Positions 1 through 10,261 of a DNA stretch of 32,000 bases are shown here, piece by piece. Both the position numbers and the translations under genes were made by a program. This stretch comes from Desulfocapsa sulfexigens DSM 10523 (GTDB lineage Bacteria > Desulfobacterota > Desulfobulbia > Desulfobulbales > Desulfocapsaceae), in the NCBI RefSeq assembly GCF_000341395.1, contig NC_020304.1, positions 182,011 to 214,010 on the forward strand, given 5' to 3'. The stretch's first letter is position 1. Each line of letters begins with the position of its first letter. Under the pieces are notes generated by a model, which was given only the letters and a program-made list of their open reading frames with translations, ran no database searches and was not told the origin of the DNA.

Positions 1-78
1 TGGTGTAAGATCTGCCTGCTCCTCAATGGCAATCCGTACAAACTCGATATCGGCAATTTTTTGTATGAGCTTTTTCAT
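1..78 (-). CDS. 5' end of a leftward ORF of unknown function (partial, runs off the window)
   Basis: A minus-strand ATG at 78 opens MKKLIQKIADIEFVRIAIEEQADLTP... with no stop before the window edge. Only 26 codons are visible and none forms a recognisable motif. The plus frame is also open here, so this call is very tentative. Confidence 0.25.
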   Translation of the reverse strand, partial: MKKLIQKIADIEFVRIAIEEQADLTP

Positions 79-120
79 GATTTTCCATACTCACATCTTC
101 CACAAGAGCATGACTCTGAT

Positions 121-837
121 ATGACCACTCTATCTGATCCATGGTCTTTTTTCGATCAAATCTATTGTATCTCAATAGATACCCGGTATGACCGAAGAAC
201 AGAAGCCAAAAATCACTTTTCCGAGGCGGGTCTCCTGGATCGGGTGGAATTTATTCTGGTCACAAAACATCCGAACAACCCGGAAAAAGGCATTTTTGAA
301 TCTCATATGAACTGCCTAAAAAAAGGCCTGGAGGCAGGAGCCAAAAATATACTGGTCTTTGAAGACGATGTCTTCTTTCAAAACTATCATCCGGAAAAGC
401 TCACTGATGCCGTACGTTTTTTAAAAAACAAGAAGAACTGGAACGGCTTTTTTCTTGGTGCAATCATCGGTAAAATAATGCAGACGGAGGTGCAATCCGT
501 GGTAAAAATTCAGTATAGTTGCCTCGCCCATGCCTATGCACTTAACCGTTCCTTTGCAAGAGAATTTGTTCAGGAACCATGGAACAACCTCCCCTATGAC
601 AATCTGTTAAAAAAAAGGGGCAAAGAGTTTTATGCACTTTCGCCCATGATAGCATTCCAGGGCAGGGCCAGCAGTGACAACAAAACTGTTTTTCTGGATA
701 GAATGCGCCGCGCTTTTGGCGGCCTGCCTTTTATTCAACGGGTCAGTGAATTCTACCAATATCATAAGCGTATCCTTGTCTACAGCCATGTTATTCTAGC
801 ATTTCTACTCCTCACCCTGCTTGGCATCCTTCTCTAG
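121..837 (+). CDS. glycosyltransferase family 25-like protein with a C-terminal membrane anchor
   Basis: This is the frame of track ORF 61..837. I prefer the ATG at 121 (MTTLSDPW) to the TTG at 61. IYCISIDTRYDRR ... ILVFEDDV resembles GT25 LPS/LOS glycosyltransferases. The tail VILAFLLLTLLGILL is hydrophobic. The family call is from motif memory only. Confidence 0.6.
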   Translation: MTTLSDPWSFFDQIYCISIDTRYDRRTEAKNHFSEAGLLDRVEFILVTKHPNNPEKGIFESHMNCLKKGLEAGAKNILVFEDDVFFQNYHPEKLTDAVRFLKNKKNWNGFFLGAIIGKIMQTEVQSVVKIQYSCLAHAYALNRSFAREFVQEPWNNLPYDNLLKKRGKEFYALSPMIAFQGRASSDNKTVFLDRMRRAFGGLPFIQRVSEFYQYHKRILVYSHVILAFLLLTLLGILL

Positions 838-981
838 ACACCTGCCCGAATTGCTACAACTCTCTTAAAATCTCCTGATACTCTGAACAAAATATGTTTT
901 TAAATACAGGGGAAACTGGTATAAAATAAATCGCTGGAGAGAGTAATATCATTAAGGTTTGAGTCTTTTCTCAGGGGCACC

Positions 982-3054
982 ATGCCAATCACATTAAATA
1001 GTAAAAAAACAGACATTCTCCTCATGATACTCCTCGTCACTATTCTGTCTGTTTTTATTGTTTTCTGGGAAAGGCAGATTTTAGTCCAAGATCGGAACAA
1101 TCTAAAGGATAATGCCCAGGTTATTGCAAGTTCTTTATGGAATTTGGATTCCTCTGAGCCCAGAGCCTACCTCGAACTTGCAGCAAAACTCCAAAATCTT
1201 GAGCATATTGCCGTTTTTACTGCCTTCAACGAAGTCTTCGTAGAGATGAGCGGCCCAAAACCCGGTTTTATGGATATAGCCCTGGAATCCACTGGCCTGA
1301 TTCCAAAAATCAAGCTGGAAAGCAAAGTGTTATACCGGGGTAACGTGATCGGGCGAATTGAGGCGGTCCATCGCCATAGCACCATCTATCTCTACTTCAA
1401 CATTTTCATTATGATGGGGCTCGTGCTTTTAGCCTCACGACTGTACCTGCGTGTTATGGAGGCTAGAAAGGCCCTTGAACTCAGAGTGGAAGAAAGGACG
1501 TCTGATCTGGTCTCGGCAAAAAAGGCTCTTGCAGAAGAAAAGGAGCAATTGTCAGTCACCCTGCGCAGTATCGGTGATGGGGTCATTACTACAGACATAA
1601 ACGGCACTATTGTTTTGATCAATAAGGTTGCCGAGGAATTCACCGGCTGGAGCCATGAAGAGGCTACCGGGAAACCATTGAGCGAGATTTTTCATATCAT
1701 AAACGAAGAAACCAGAAAACAATGTGACAACCCGGCAGACAAAGTATTGAAAAGTGGGGGGAACATAACTCTTGCCAATCATACCGTTCTAATATCAAGG
1801 GATGGTTCAGAGCGCAGCATTGCTGACAGTGGGGCACCCATCAGAAATCAGCACAGTGAAATTATAGGTGTTGTTCTTGTCTTTCGCGATGTAACCGAAA
1901 AATTAAAAAGTGAGCAGGAACTGGCAAATATCGAAAAACTTAAGTCTGTGGGCTTGCTGGCGGGTGGCATTGCTCACGATTTTAACAATATTCTGGTTGC
2001 CATCCTTGGAAATATCAATCTGGCCCTGCAACACACAAAAATTGACAATGAGGCTCATTCCCTGTTGCAAAAGGCTGAAAAGGCCTCACTTCGGGCCAGA
2101 GATCTCACCCAGCAACTGCTGACCTTTGCAAAAGGCGGAGAGCCGGTCAAAGAGCTGTCATTAATTCAGGAAGTCATCGAGGAATCGTCAAGCTTTGTCT
2201 TACGGGGAAGTAATGTCCGCTGTGAGTACACATGGGATACGGATTTATATGCTGTTAACGTTGACCAGGGACAGATTTCACAAGTTATTCAGAATGTGGT
2301 CATTAACGCTAATCAAGCCATGCCTGAAGGGGGAATTATTCACGTTAGGGGTGTTAACGTCAGTCATGATGAGGCTTTGAACCTGGACCTGCCTCCTCAG
2401 GAGTATATCAAAATAACCATTGCTGATAACGGTCCCGGTATAAAAAAAGATCAACTGGATAAAATATTTGACCCCTATTTCACCACAAAAAAAACAGGGA
2501 GTGGATTAGGCCTTGCTGTCAGCCACTCTATCATCGTCAAGCATGAAGGACGTATGATAGCAGAATCTGAGCCGGACAAAGGAAGCACCTTTACAATCTA
2601 CCTTCCGGCAGAGAAAATTCACATTCCACATCCAGTTCCTGCAACTCCAATAAAAGATCAAAAAAAGTTGAATGGTCATGGTCAAATCCGAATAATGATT
2701 ATGGATGATGACGAGATGGTGCAATTAGTATCAAAAGATATGTTAAACCACCTCGGTTATGACGTAGTACTGGCCAATCATGGTGAGGAAGCCATCGCCC
2801 TTTTTGAAGAAAGTATGGAAAACAACGCCCCCATTGACCTGATCATTATGGATTTAACAATTCCAGGGGCTATGGGAGGACAGGAGGCGGTTGGAAAAAT
2901 TCATGCTATCGATCCTCATGCTAAGGTCATCGTCTCCAGTGGCTATTCCAATGACCCTATCATGACTAACTATAAAGCGTATGGGTTTCTGGCCACTGTT
3001 ACAAAACCCTTCCAGCTTCAGGATCTGAAGAATGTGGTGCGCCGCCTTCTATAG
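982..3054 (+). CDS. hybrid sensor histidine kinase/response regulator (2 TM, PAS, HisKA, HATPase_c, REC)
   Basis: Two TM segments flank a roughly 110 aa loop. PAS-like region: LRSIGDGVITTDINGTIVLINKVAEEFTGW. H-box: GGIAHDFNNIL. N-box: VINANQAM. G-boxes: DNGPGI and GSGLGLAV. C-terminal receiver: IMIMDDDE...DLIIMDLTIPG...TKPF. Confidence 0.95.
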   Translation: MPITLNSKKTDILLMILLVTILSVFIVFWERQILVQDRNNLKDNAQVIASSLWNLDSSEPRAYLELAAKLQNLEHIAVFTAFNEVFVEMSGPKPGFMDIALESTGLIPKIKLESKVLYRGNVIGRIEAVHRHSTIYLYFNIFIMMGLVLLASRLYLRVMEARKALELRVEERTSDLVSAKKALAEEKEQLSVTLRSIGDGVITTDINGTIVLINKVAEEFTGWSHEEATGKPLSEIFHIINEETRKQCDNPADKVLKSGGNITLANHTVLISRDGSERSIADSGAPIRNQHSEIIGVVLVFRDVTEKLKSEQELANIEKLKSVGLLAGGIAHDFNNILVAILGNINLALQHTKIDNEAHSLLQKAEKASLRARDLTQQLLTFAKGGEPVKELSLIQEVIEESSSFVLRGSNVRCEYTWDTDLYAVNVDQGQISQVIQNVVINANQAMPEGGIIHVRGVNVSHDEALNLDLPPQEYIKITIADNGPGIKKDQLDKIFDPYFTTKKTGSGLGLAVSHSIIVKHEGRMIAESEPDKGSTFTIYLPAEKIHIPHPVPATPIKDQKKLNGHGQIRIMIMDDDEMVQLVSKDMLNHLGYDVVLANHGEEAIALFEESMENNAPIDLIIMDLTIPGAMGGQEAVGKIHAIDPHAKVIVSSGYSNDPIMTNYKAYGFLATVTKPFQLQDLKNVVRRLL

Positions 3055-3118
3055 GATATTGTTCGTTTTCATTTCAGGCAGTTCTGCCTACTCTCTGCAT
3101 TCCCGGGAAGAGTAACTG

Positions 3119-3841
3119 CTAAAACTTCACATCATCATGATGTTTGTTGTATTTCTCTGCCAGATCCATACGTTGCCGAGAAAAAAACGCATAATATGGT
3201 ATAGCTGGAACAGGGGCATCCAGGACATCTATGCTGTCTCCAAGACCTAATTTCTTAATTGACTCCATAATTCCTGTTCGCCCTGGATAAATAAAACCAT
3301 CAAGCTCTCCGTCAGCTAACTTTGACAGGGAAAAATTGACTAAATCCCTATCCTTGATCATGGCCAGACGTAACTGCGGAAATTCCTTTGCAATATTGTG
3401 AGCAAGTCTGTGCCCGTGTATAACCCCTATTTTCGCCAAAGGCTCCAGGTCAGCCCATGTTTCAATTTTTTGAATATTGACGTCCTTTCTCAGGCAAACA
3501 ACGGGTTTTTTCAAGAAAATAGGTTTCGCTGGGAAGATCCCAATCATTTCCCGTTCTGTATTTTTTGATGCGACAGATATGGCATCTATATTATGATTTT
3601 TTATATACATAATGAGTCTGGCCGGGGGAATTGGTCCAATCCATTTTATGGAGACACCCATCCGTTTAGCTATTTTTTGCCAATATTCAACCAATGCTCC
3701 GGTCGGCTTCCCAGAATCCTCATTCATTTCTATCAAGCCACTCAACTGACTAAACCCCACTTTCATCTCTTCTGCCAACAGGGGTGATTGGAACAGAACA
3801 AGACAAAGCAGTGAGAAGAAAAAAGTGTGTATTTTTTTCAT
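3119..3841 (-). CDS. periplasmic substrate-binding protein (family 3 SBP-like), orphan
   Basis: Signal peptide MKKIHTFFFSLLCLVLFQSPLLA. The size (240 aa) and overall pattern match amino-acid-type solute-binding domains. No permease or ATPase gene lies adjacent. Confidence 0.75.
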   Translation of the reverse strand: MKKIHTFFFSLLCLVLFQSPLLAEEMKVGFSQLSGLIEMNEDSGKPTGALVEYWQKIAKRMGVSIKWIGPIPPARLIMYIKNHNIDAISVASKNTEREMIGIFPAKPIFLKKPVVCLRKDVNIQKIETWADLEPLAKIGVIHGHRLAHNIAKEFPQLRLAMIKDRDLVNFSLSKLADGELDGFIYPGRTGIMESIKKLGLGDSIDVLDAPVPAIPYYAFFSRQRMDLAEKYNKHHDDVKF

Positions 3842-4316
3842 AGTAAGAACCAGTACTGTTTTATAAACTCAGAAACTTGAGTTGTTAATGAATAGCCTCT
3901 ATTTGATACTTTCTGACACCCCATATTTTCCCTGGCAAAGGGAAACAAATTCCAATACGTTGCAATGCTTTCTCGTTCATTTAATCACAAATCAACTGTT
4001 ATTGACAGAAATTCTCCAGGAAATTAAGCAGTAGATACTCATCACAGGACAAGACAAAATCCAGGTAACCTGACTCTGCTTTACCCTTTTTTAATACCTA
4101 TCACCGATAACGAAAGCAGCATCACTTCCATAATTTCTATTGATTTTTTTTACTACAACGTAGGAAAGTGCAAAAATTCCTCGTCAAAATTTCACTGTTC
4201 ATGGTAGCTTGAAGCATTTAAATTTACAGGAAACTTCAATATAATAGAGTAATAATATTTACAGATAACCCCTCCTCTCAAAGCACACTCCGGAATACCG
4301 GATACAACAGGTAAAA

Positions 4317-7300
4317 TTGTTTAACTATCGTCTCCTCACAGTTGTTTTCATTATGATATTCGGTGTTACCGTGACAGCCTTCCTGCGTCTGGATATCGAT
4401 ACGGATATCGTACGCTCTCTGCCATCCGGGCAAACGGTTATCAGCGATGCTCTGGAGATTTTCACCAGTCATCCCATTCATGACCAGATTGCCATTGATA
4501 TCAGTGTAGAAAGCGACAACAGAGATATCCTTGTTGACTGTGGCAAATACATAGAGGAGGGGCTCCGATCAAGCAATCTCTTTGCTGAAGTGGGAACCGA
4601 CGCAATCACGACTCTTATTCCTGAGCTTGCCCTCCATGTAGCTGGCAATCTGCCCATCCTCTTTTCTTCACAGGAACTGGAGCAAATGATAGCTCCCCGA
4701 CTTGAAAAAAGATTTATTGGACAACGCTTTGAAGATATCCTCCTCAAACTGAGTAGTCTTGAAGGTATAGGACAGAGTCAGTTATTACAATCCGATCCTC
4801 TGGGCTTTATGGAACCGATAATGGCGAAGATGGCAATGCTCACGCCACTCCCAGGTACCTCGATATACAAGGGCTTTGTATTTTCCCCGGACAGGCGTCA
4901 TCTTCTGGTAACAGCACGTCCGGGCAGTGCCGGGAGTAACACGGCCTCGGCCAGACAGATTGCAGAGCTTCTGGATGATCTCAGCACAGGGCTGACTAAT
5001 AAATACAGTTCCAGTGGTATTACACCAATCCTCACTCCCGTAGGAGCATACCGGGCAGCGCTGGACAACGAATCTATCATCCGCCATGATGTGAACCTGG
5101 CCCTGGCTCTCTCGATGGCGGGTATCGGACTGTTGCTCTTTGTTGCCTTTCCCCGTCCCCTGCTGGGCCTTTTCTCCCTGCTGCCAGCCCTTGCCGGAAC
5201 AGCGTCAGCCCTGTGTATTTTTTCATTGTTTCATCAATCAATCTCCATCATGGTACTCGGTTTTGGAGGGGCTATTATTTCCATCACCGTGGATCATGGT
5301 ATTGCCTATCTGCTCTTTCTTGACCGTCCTCAAGAAACAAAAGGAAAAGAGGCATCGAGCGAAGTTCGGGCAATCGGGATACTGGCGGTTCTCACCACAT
5401 GTGGAGCTTTTCTCACCCTCAGTTTCAGCGGCTTTCCAATCTTCGTCCAGCTTGGGCAATTCACGGCCATGGGGGTACTCCTCTCCTTTCTTTTCGTCCA
5501 TTTTATCTTCCCCCGCATAACCCCTTCCATGGCTGCAGCCAGCAGACAGAATCTTCCTCTACGGCGATTTGTCGATACGCTGTACAGCACTGGACGCCCC
5601 GGAGCAATTGCTGCAACCCTTCTCGCGGCCTCACTACTCTTTTTTGCACGCCCCGACTTCAATGTAAGCCTTGAAAGCATGAACACCGTAAGCAGCGAAA
5701 CCCGTGCGGCAGACAGTCTTTTCTCCATGGTATGGGGGGATATGGGCACAAAAGTTGTACTTATGACCAGAGGAGAGGCCGCAGAAATCCAACGGAAAAA
5801 CGATAGAATTCTAATGCAGATTGAGTCGAACATGGCATCTGGAACAATCAGCTCCGCCTTTGTCCCATCCATGATCTTTCCAGGGCCGGAACTTGCCGCT
5901 CGTAATTTTGATGCCTGGAAGAAATTCTGGACGAAGGAGCGCCATGAAAATCTGCAGGAGAGTTTGAGCTCAAATGGCAAGTCTCTTGGCTTTGCAGAGG
6001 ATGCTTTTGCTCACTTTCTCCGCCTTACTGGGAATCCGCAAAAAATTTCCAGCACAGAGATTCCTCAAAAATTTTACAAGCTCCTGGGGCTCTCAAAGAA
6101 GGATAGCCAGCTGACCCAGTTTATTACCATCACTCCCGGGACAAACTATAACAGTGACGATTTTTACAGCCTCTATGGCCGGGAAGGTAAACTCTTTGAC
6201 GGTCCCTACTTCTCTGAACAACTGGCAAAAATTCTCTTTCACAGCTTTACCACAATGCTTGCAATCATAGCCATCAGCATTGTGGTTCTACTCCTCTTCT
6301 TCTTTGCCAGCTGGCAGCTGACACTTATCACGCTTATCCCTCCGCTTTTTTCCTATATCTGCACTCTCGGTACCATGAAACTGATCGGCCATTCCCTCGA
6401 CATTCCAGGGCTGATGCTTTCCATCGTTATTCTTGGCATGGGGATAGACTATTCAATTTTCTTTGTCCGGGCCCATCAGCGCTACCGCGTTCCAGATCAT
6501 CCATCATTCAGTCTTGTGCGCATGGCCGTTTTTATGGCAGGTGCATCCACTGTGATCGGATTCGGGGTTCTCTGTCTCGCTGAACATTCACTCCTTCGAT
6601 CCATCGGGGTCACATCACTCCTGGGCATCGGCTACTCACTCCTTGGTGCATTCCTCCTGCTGCCACCTCTCCTTCAATTCTATTTTTCAAAGCAGAAAGG
6701 AAGCAGTCCTCCCGAGCTGTCTCTTAGTAAACGGGTACGAAACAGATACCGCCTGATGGAGGCTTATCCTCGGATGTTTGCCCGCTTCAAGCTGCAGTCA
6801 GACCCGATGTTTACAGACCTGCCGCAACTCCTTGCAGCTGATCGTGACAGCGTAAAAACCATTCTTGATATAGGCTGTGGATACGGTGTTCCCGGCTGCT
6901 GGTGTCTGGAATATTTCCCGGAGTCCAGAGTTTTCGGTCTTGATCCTGATGGTGAACGGGTCCGGGTGGCGGCACTCGCCATGGGAGAGCAGGGAGAGAT
7001 TTTAGAGGATATGGCACCGGATCTGCCCATCGTACCCAACCCGCCGGATCTGATTCTGCTGCTTGACATGCTTCACTATCTTGACGATAAAAGCATACTG
7101 ATACTTTTTCAAAAATGTTTCCAAATGCTTAATGACCAGGGCCTGCTCGTAACACGCTTTGTCATCAGACCGAATGGTGTCCCATCATGGTCATGGAAGC
7201 TCGAAGACCGTCGCGTCCGTTTTTCTGGAGGAGAGGCACATTACCGTACAGCACAGAGGATGGCTCATCTTCTGGAAAAAACAGGATTCAGGATAGAAAC

Positions 7301-7361
7301 AAAAAAAACAACAGAAACAAATGCAGAACTCATCTGGCTCATTGGCCGTACCCATAAATAA
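4317..7361 (+). CDS. MMPL/RND-superfamily predicted exporter (COG4258-like) fused to a C-terminal class I SAM-dependent methyltransferase
   Basis: A single 1014-codon ORF. About 12 TM helices sit in a 1+5/1+5 layout with two large soluble loops. The C-terminal ~210 aa carry ILDIGCGYG (6861-6887), VFGLDPD and DLILLLDMLHYL. A TTG start at 4317 keeps TM1 intact; the ATG at 4353 would truncate it. Confidence 0.8.
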   Translation: MFNYRLLTVVFIMIFGVTVTAFLRLDIDTDIVRSLPSGQTVISDALEIFTSHPIHDQIAIDISVESDNRDILVDCGKYIEEGLRSSNLFAEVGTDAITTLIPELALHVAGNLPILFSSQELEQMIAPRLEKRFIGQRFEDILLKLSSLEGIGQSQLLQSDPLGFMEPIMAKMAMLTPLPGTSIYKGFVFSPDRRHLLVTARPGSAGSNTASARQIAELLDDLSTGLTNKYSSSGITPILTPVGAYRAALDNESIIRHDVNLALALSMAGIGLLLFVAFPRPLLGLFSLLPALAGTASALCIFSLFHQSISIMVLGFGGAIISITVDHGIAYLLFLDRPQETKGKEASSEVRAIGILAVLTTCGAFLTLSFSGFPIFVQLGQFTAMGVLLSFLFVHFIFPRITPSMAAASRQNLPLRRFVDTLYSTGRPGAIAATLLAASLLFFARPDFNVSLESMNTVSSETRAADSLFSMVWGDMGTKVVLMTRGEAAEIQRKNDRILMQIESNMASGTISSAFVPSMIFPGPELAARNFDAWKKFWTKERHENLQESLSSNGKSLGFAEDAFAHFLRLTGNPQKISSTEIPQKFYKLLGLSKKDSQLTQFITITPGTNYNSDDFYSLYGREGKLFDGPYFSEQLAKILFHSFTTMLAIIAISIVVLLLFFFASWQLTLITLIPPLFSYICTLGTMKLIGHSLDIPGLMLSIVILGMGIDYSIFFVRAHQRYRVPDHPSFSLVRMAVFMAGASTVIGFGVLCLAEHSLLRSIGVTSLLGIGYSLLGAFLLLPPLLQFYFSKQKGSSPPELSLSKRVRNRYRLMEAYPRMFARFKLQSDPMFTDLPQLLAADRDSVKTILDIGCGYGVPGCWCLEYFPESRVFGLDPDGERVRVAALAMGEQGEILEDMAPDLPIVPNPPDLILLLDMLHYLDDKSILILFQKCFQMLNDQGLLVTRFVIRPNGVPSWSWKLEDRRVRFSGGEAHYRTAQRMAHLLEKTGFRIETKKTTETNAELIWLIGRTHK

Positions 7362-7362
7362 A

Positions 7363-9369
7363 ATGACAGAGATAAAAAGAACTATTTGCCCACTCGACTG
7401 CCCGGACAGTTGCGGAATTGACGCTACGGTTAAAAACGGAAGGATCGTTAAGCTTAACGGCGCCAAGGATCATCCGATCACTGCCGGTTTTATCTGTCGT
7501 AAGATGCAGCGCTATCACCACCGGATCCACTCCGAACAACGGATTCTCTACCCTCAGAAAAGAATCGGCCAGAAGGGCAAAGGACAGTTTACAAGAATCA
7601 GCTGGGAGGAGGCCTGGGAGATTCTGGTCAACCGACTGACGGCAATACAAAGCGAATATGGCGGAGAGGCATTACTGCCTTATTCCTACGCCGGGAATAT
7701 GGGGCTGATTAACCGCTGGGCAGGATATCCGTTTTTTCACCGCTTTGGCGCCTCTCAACTGGATCACACAATCTGTTCCGCTGCAGCAGAAGCCGGATGG
7801 AACAGACACTGCGACGGCATCTCGGGAAGCCCTCCGGAAACAGTCGTAGATGCCGACCTGGTGATTATCTGGGGAATAAATCTCAAGGTCACCAATGTCC
7901 ACTGCTGGCCATTTATCCAGAAGGCCCTTCGCAGGGGAGCAAAACTTGTCGTCGTCGATCCCTACAGAACCGCCACCGCCCACGCTGCAGATTACTATTT
8001 CCCTGTAACACCTGGGGGTGACACGGCCCTGGCTCTTGGTGCTGTAAAACAGCTCCTTGAAAACAATGGAATTGATTCCAGTTTTATCCAATCGGAAACT
8101 GAAAATTTCCATGATCTTGTGGCCTACCTCAATACGATCTCATGGGAGACTATCTGCGACCAATCGGGACTTGACCGCGATACAATAGGACAATTCGCAA
8201 ATTTGATCCAGGCGCACCCCAAAACATTCATCCGTATAGGGATAGGCCTAACGCGTAACAGCAGAGGTGCCATGTCCGTACAGGGGATAACCTGTCTTGC
8301 GGCGGTAAGGGGCCTCTTTGACGGCTCACCGGGAAAGGGCGTTTTATTATTCAGTCGGGGGTTCAGGGGGGACTCGGCAAGACTCACCTACCCCTCCCTT
8401 GCACCATTGCCAACCCGTAAGATAAACATGGTCCAGCTGGGAGAAGCTTTAACGGTGCTGCAGCCACCTGTTAAGGCATTGATGGTCTACTCCAGTAATC
8501 CGCTGAGCGTCGCTCCGGACGCCTCAATGGTGCGAAGAGGCTTGTCCCGTTCCGATCTCTTTTGCATCGTCCATGAACAGGTTATGACACCCACCGCCCG
8601 ATATGCCGATCTGTTATTACCGGCAACAACTTCCTTTGAGAATAGTGATCTGTACGGATCCTATGGCCATTTCTACATGGGAAAAGTAGATCCTGTCCTA
8701 CCGCCACAGGGAGAATCCATCAGTAACTTTGACCTCTTTCAGTCCCTGGCCCGGAGGATGGGATACACCGATGCACCCTTCAGGCAAACAATTGATGAAC
8801 GTATCCTGGACTACCTCTCAACCATTGATGGTATCTCCGTCACCGACCCTGAAGCCGGTACCTGGATCCATTCCAGTTACGGAAAGTCAGGAGAATCACT
8901 GTTTGGCCGGGAGAAGAAAAAATTCCAGTTTGCACCACTCTCAGTCCTCAAGGAAAAGAATGTTGCACGATTATTAGCAGCAACGGAGGCTGAGGATCCC
9001 GATCTCAGATCACGCTACCCGTTTTTATTGATCACACCGCCTAATACGAATTTGCTGAACAGTACATTCGGAGAGCAATATCCCGGAGAAACCGGCACGG
9101 TTCTGATTCATCCCGATGATGCAGGAATACATGGTGTTAGCAACGGCAAGAAACTTACCCTCTCCAATGGACGCGGCGAAGTTACCAGAATCGCGGCAAT
9201 AAGCAGAGACACTCAGTCAGGACTGCTGGTCGCAGAGGGAATTTATTGGGAATCCGAAAGTGTAACGGGTGGAATTAATGATTTAACATCCCAGAAACTG
9301 ACGGATAGTGGCGGTGGTGGAATATTTCATGAATCCCGTGTTTCCCTCCGCACAGATACCAACACATGA
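7363..9369 (+). CDS. molybdopterin (MopB family) oxidoreductase, cytoplasmic, unknown substrate
   Basis: I prefer the ATG at 7363 (MTEIKRTICPLDCPDSCG), one base after the upstream TAA. N-terminal Fe-S motif: CPLDCPDSC...FICRK. The length and overall pattern fit a molybdopterin domain plus a C-terminal molydop-binding barrel. No twin-arginine leader is present. Confidence 0.9.
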   Translation: MTEIKRTICPLDCPDSCGIDATVKNGRIVKLNGAKDHPITAGFICRKMQRYHHRIHSEQRILYPQKRIGQKGKGQFTRISWEEAWEILVNRLTAIQSEYGGEALLPYSYAGNMGLINRWAGYPFFHRFGASQLDHTICSAAAEAGWNRHCDGISGSPPETVVDADLVIIWGINLKVTNVHCWPFIQKALRRGAKLVVVDPYRTATAHAADYYFPVTPGGDTALALGAVKQLLENNGIDSSFIQSETENFHDLVAYLNTISWETICDQSGLDRDTIGQFANLIQAHPKTFIRIGIGLTRNSRGAMSVQGITCLAAVRGLFDGSPGKGVLLFSRGFRGDSARLTYPSLAPLPTRKINMVQLGEALTVLQPPVKALMVYSSNPLSVAPDASMVRRGLSRSDLFCIVHEQVMTPTARYADLLLPATTSFENSDLYGSYGHFYMGKVDPVLPPQGESISNFDLFQSLARRMGYTDAPFRQTIDERILDYLSTIDGISVTDPEAGTWIHSSYGKSGESLFGREKKKFQFAPLSVLKEKNVARLLAATEAEDPDLRSRYPFLLITPPNTNLLNSTFGEQYPGETGTVLIHPDDAGIHGVSNGKKLTLSNGRGEVTRIAAISRDTQSGLLVAEGIYWESESVTGGINDLTSQKLTDSGGGGIFHESRVSLRTDTNT

Positions 9370-10199
9370 AAAAAACATCCAACAGGTTCCTGTTCTCCCA
9401 GGCGGATAAACTGGCGCTACTTGCCTTTCTTATCACAATTCCACTCCTTGCAATGGGAAGTGCACTAGCCCCAACACCTCTTATTCTCTACCTCCTGCTC
9501 TGTGTATCTGCCCCATTTTTCCCGCAATGGGGTTTTTTTCTTCCTATAATAAGCAGGAGTATCAGCGGAAGCAGAGCGGTTGCCCTCACCTTCGACGATG
9601 GCCCCTCACCGGTAACCACTCCAATCATTTTAGATTTACTAAAAGAATATGACTTCAAGGCCACCTTTTTTGTAATTGGAAAAAAGGCCGAGAGATATCC
9701 AGAGCAGATAAAAGCTATTCTTGCAGCAGGTCACACCATTGGAAACCACTCATGGCAGCATGACAATCTGCTGATGCTGAGAACAAAAAAACGACTGGGA
9801 GAGGATATCAGGAAAACCCAGGAAATTCTAAAAACCTATGGCATCCACCCTCTGCTCTTCAGACCGCCTGCAGGAGCCACAAATCCTCGACTCCAATCGG
9901 TACTGCTTACCGAAGGCCTCCAAACCGTCACCTTCAGCTGTCGTCCTTTCGATCGTGGAAACAGGAAAATCACCAATCTTGCCGAACGCATCAGCAGCAA
10001 ACTTAAACCCGGCGACATTATCCTTCTTCATGATCTTGAGCCGCAAAATGCTGAGCTGACAGACACCTGGGAAAAGGAACTCAATATCCTGTTTTCCTAT
10101 CTCAAAAAGAGCATTTATAAAGTAGAACCACTTGCAAAACTTATTCATTCGGAGGTAATGCTTGGCATTCCCCCTGCGAGTAGAAAGAGAAAAAAATAA
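9366..10199 (+). CDS. membrane-anchored polysaccharide deacetylase (NodB homology domain)
   Basis: The ATGA overlaps the upstream stop. Two N-terminal TM helices are present. NodB motifs seen: LTFDDGP, NHSWQH, LFRPPAG and IILLHD. Confidence 0.9.
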   Translation: MKKTSNRFLFSQADKLALLAFLITIPLLAMGSALAPTPLILYLLLCVSAPFFPQWGFFLPIISRSISGSRAVALTFDDGPSPVTTPIILDLLKEYDFKATFFVIGKKAERYPEQIKAILAAGHTIGNHSWQHDNLLMLRTKKRLGEDIRKTQEILKTYGIHPLLFRPPAGATNPRLQSVLLTEGLQTVTFSCRPFDRGNRKITNLAERISSKLKPGDIILLHDLEPQNAELTDTWEKELNILFSYLKKSIYKVEPLAKLIHSEVMLGIPPASRKRKK

Positions 10200-10261
10200 G
10201 GACCAGGAAGGAGAAAGGACTGTTTTTTTAGCAGACAAGCATCAAACCAATTATAACTGCC

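Noticed and set aside
3075-3088. The AGGCAG-TT-CTGCCT hairpin between the convergent kinase and SBP genes, considered as a terminator.
   Set aside because: It is a 6 bp stem with a sterically tight loop and no T-run on either strand.
3927-3944. A 7 bp stem/GGCA loop hairpin (TTTCCCT..AGGGAAA) in the 475 nt spacer between the SBP and exporter genes.
   Set aside because: It has no flanking U-run on either strand and no recognisable riboswitch core. It is too small to call a regulatory RNA without expression data.
5330-5980. A 216 aa minus-strand ORF inside the exporter gene.
   Set aside because: It lies entirely antisense to a strongly supported polytopic membrane-protein frame. It is Arg/Ser-rich and low in complexity, with no motif. 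This is a typical shadow ORF.
7321-7362. An N-terminal extension of the molybdoenzyme ORF (MQNSSGSLAVPINK).
   Set aside because: It overlaps the last 41 nt of the upstream gene. The ATG at 7363 places the Fe-S motif at the usual distance from the N-terminus.
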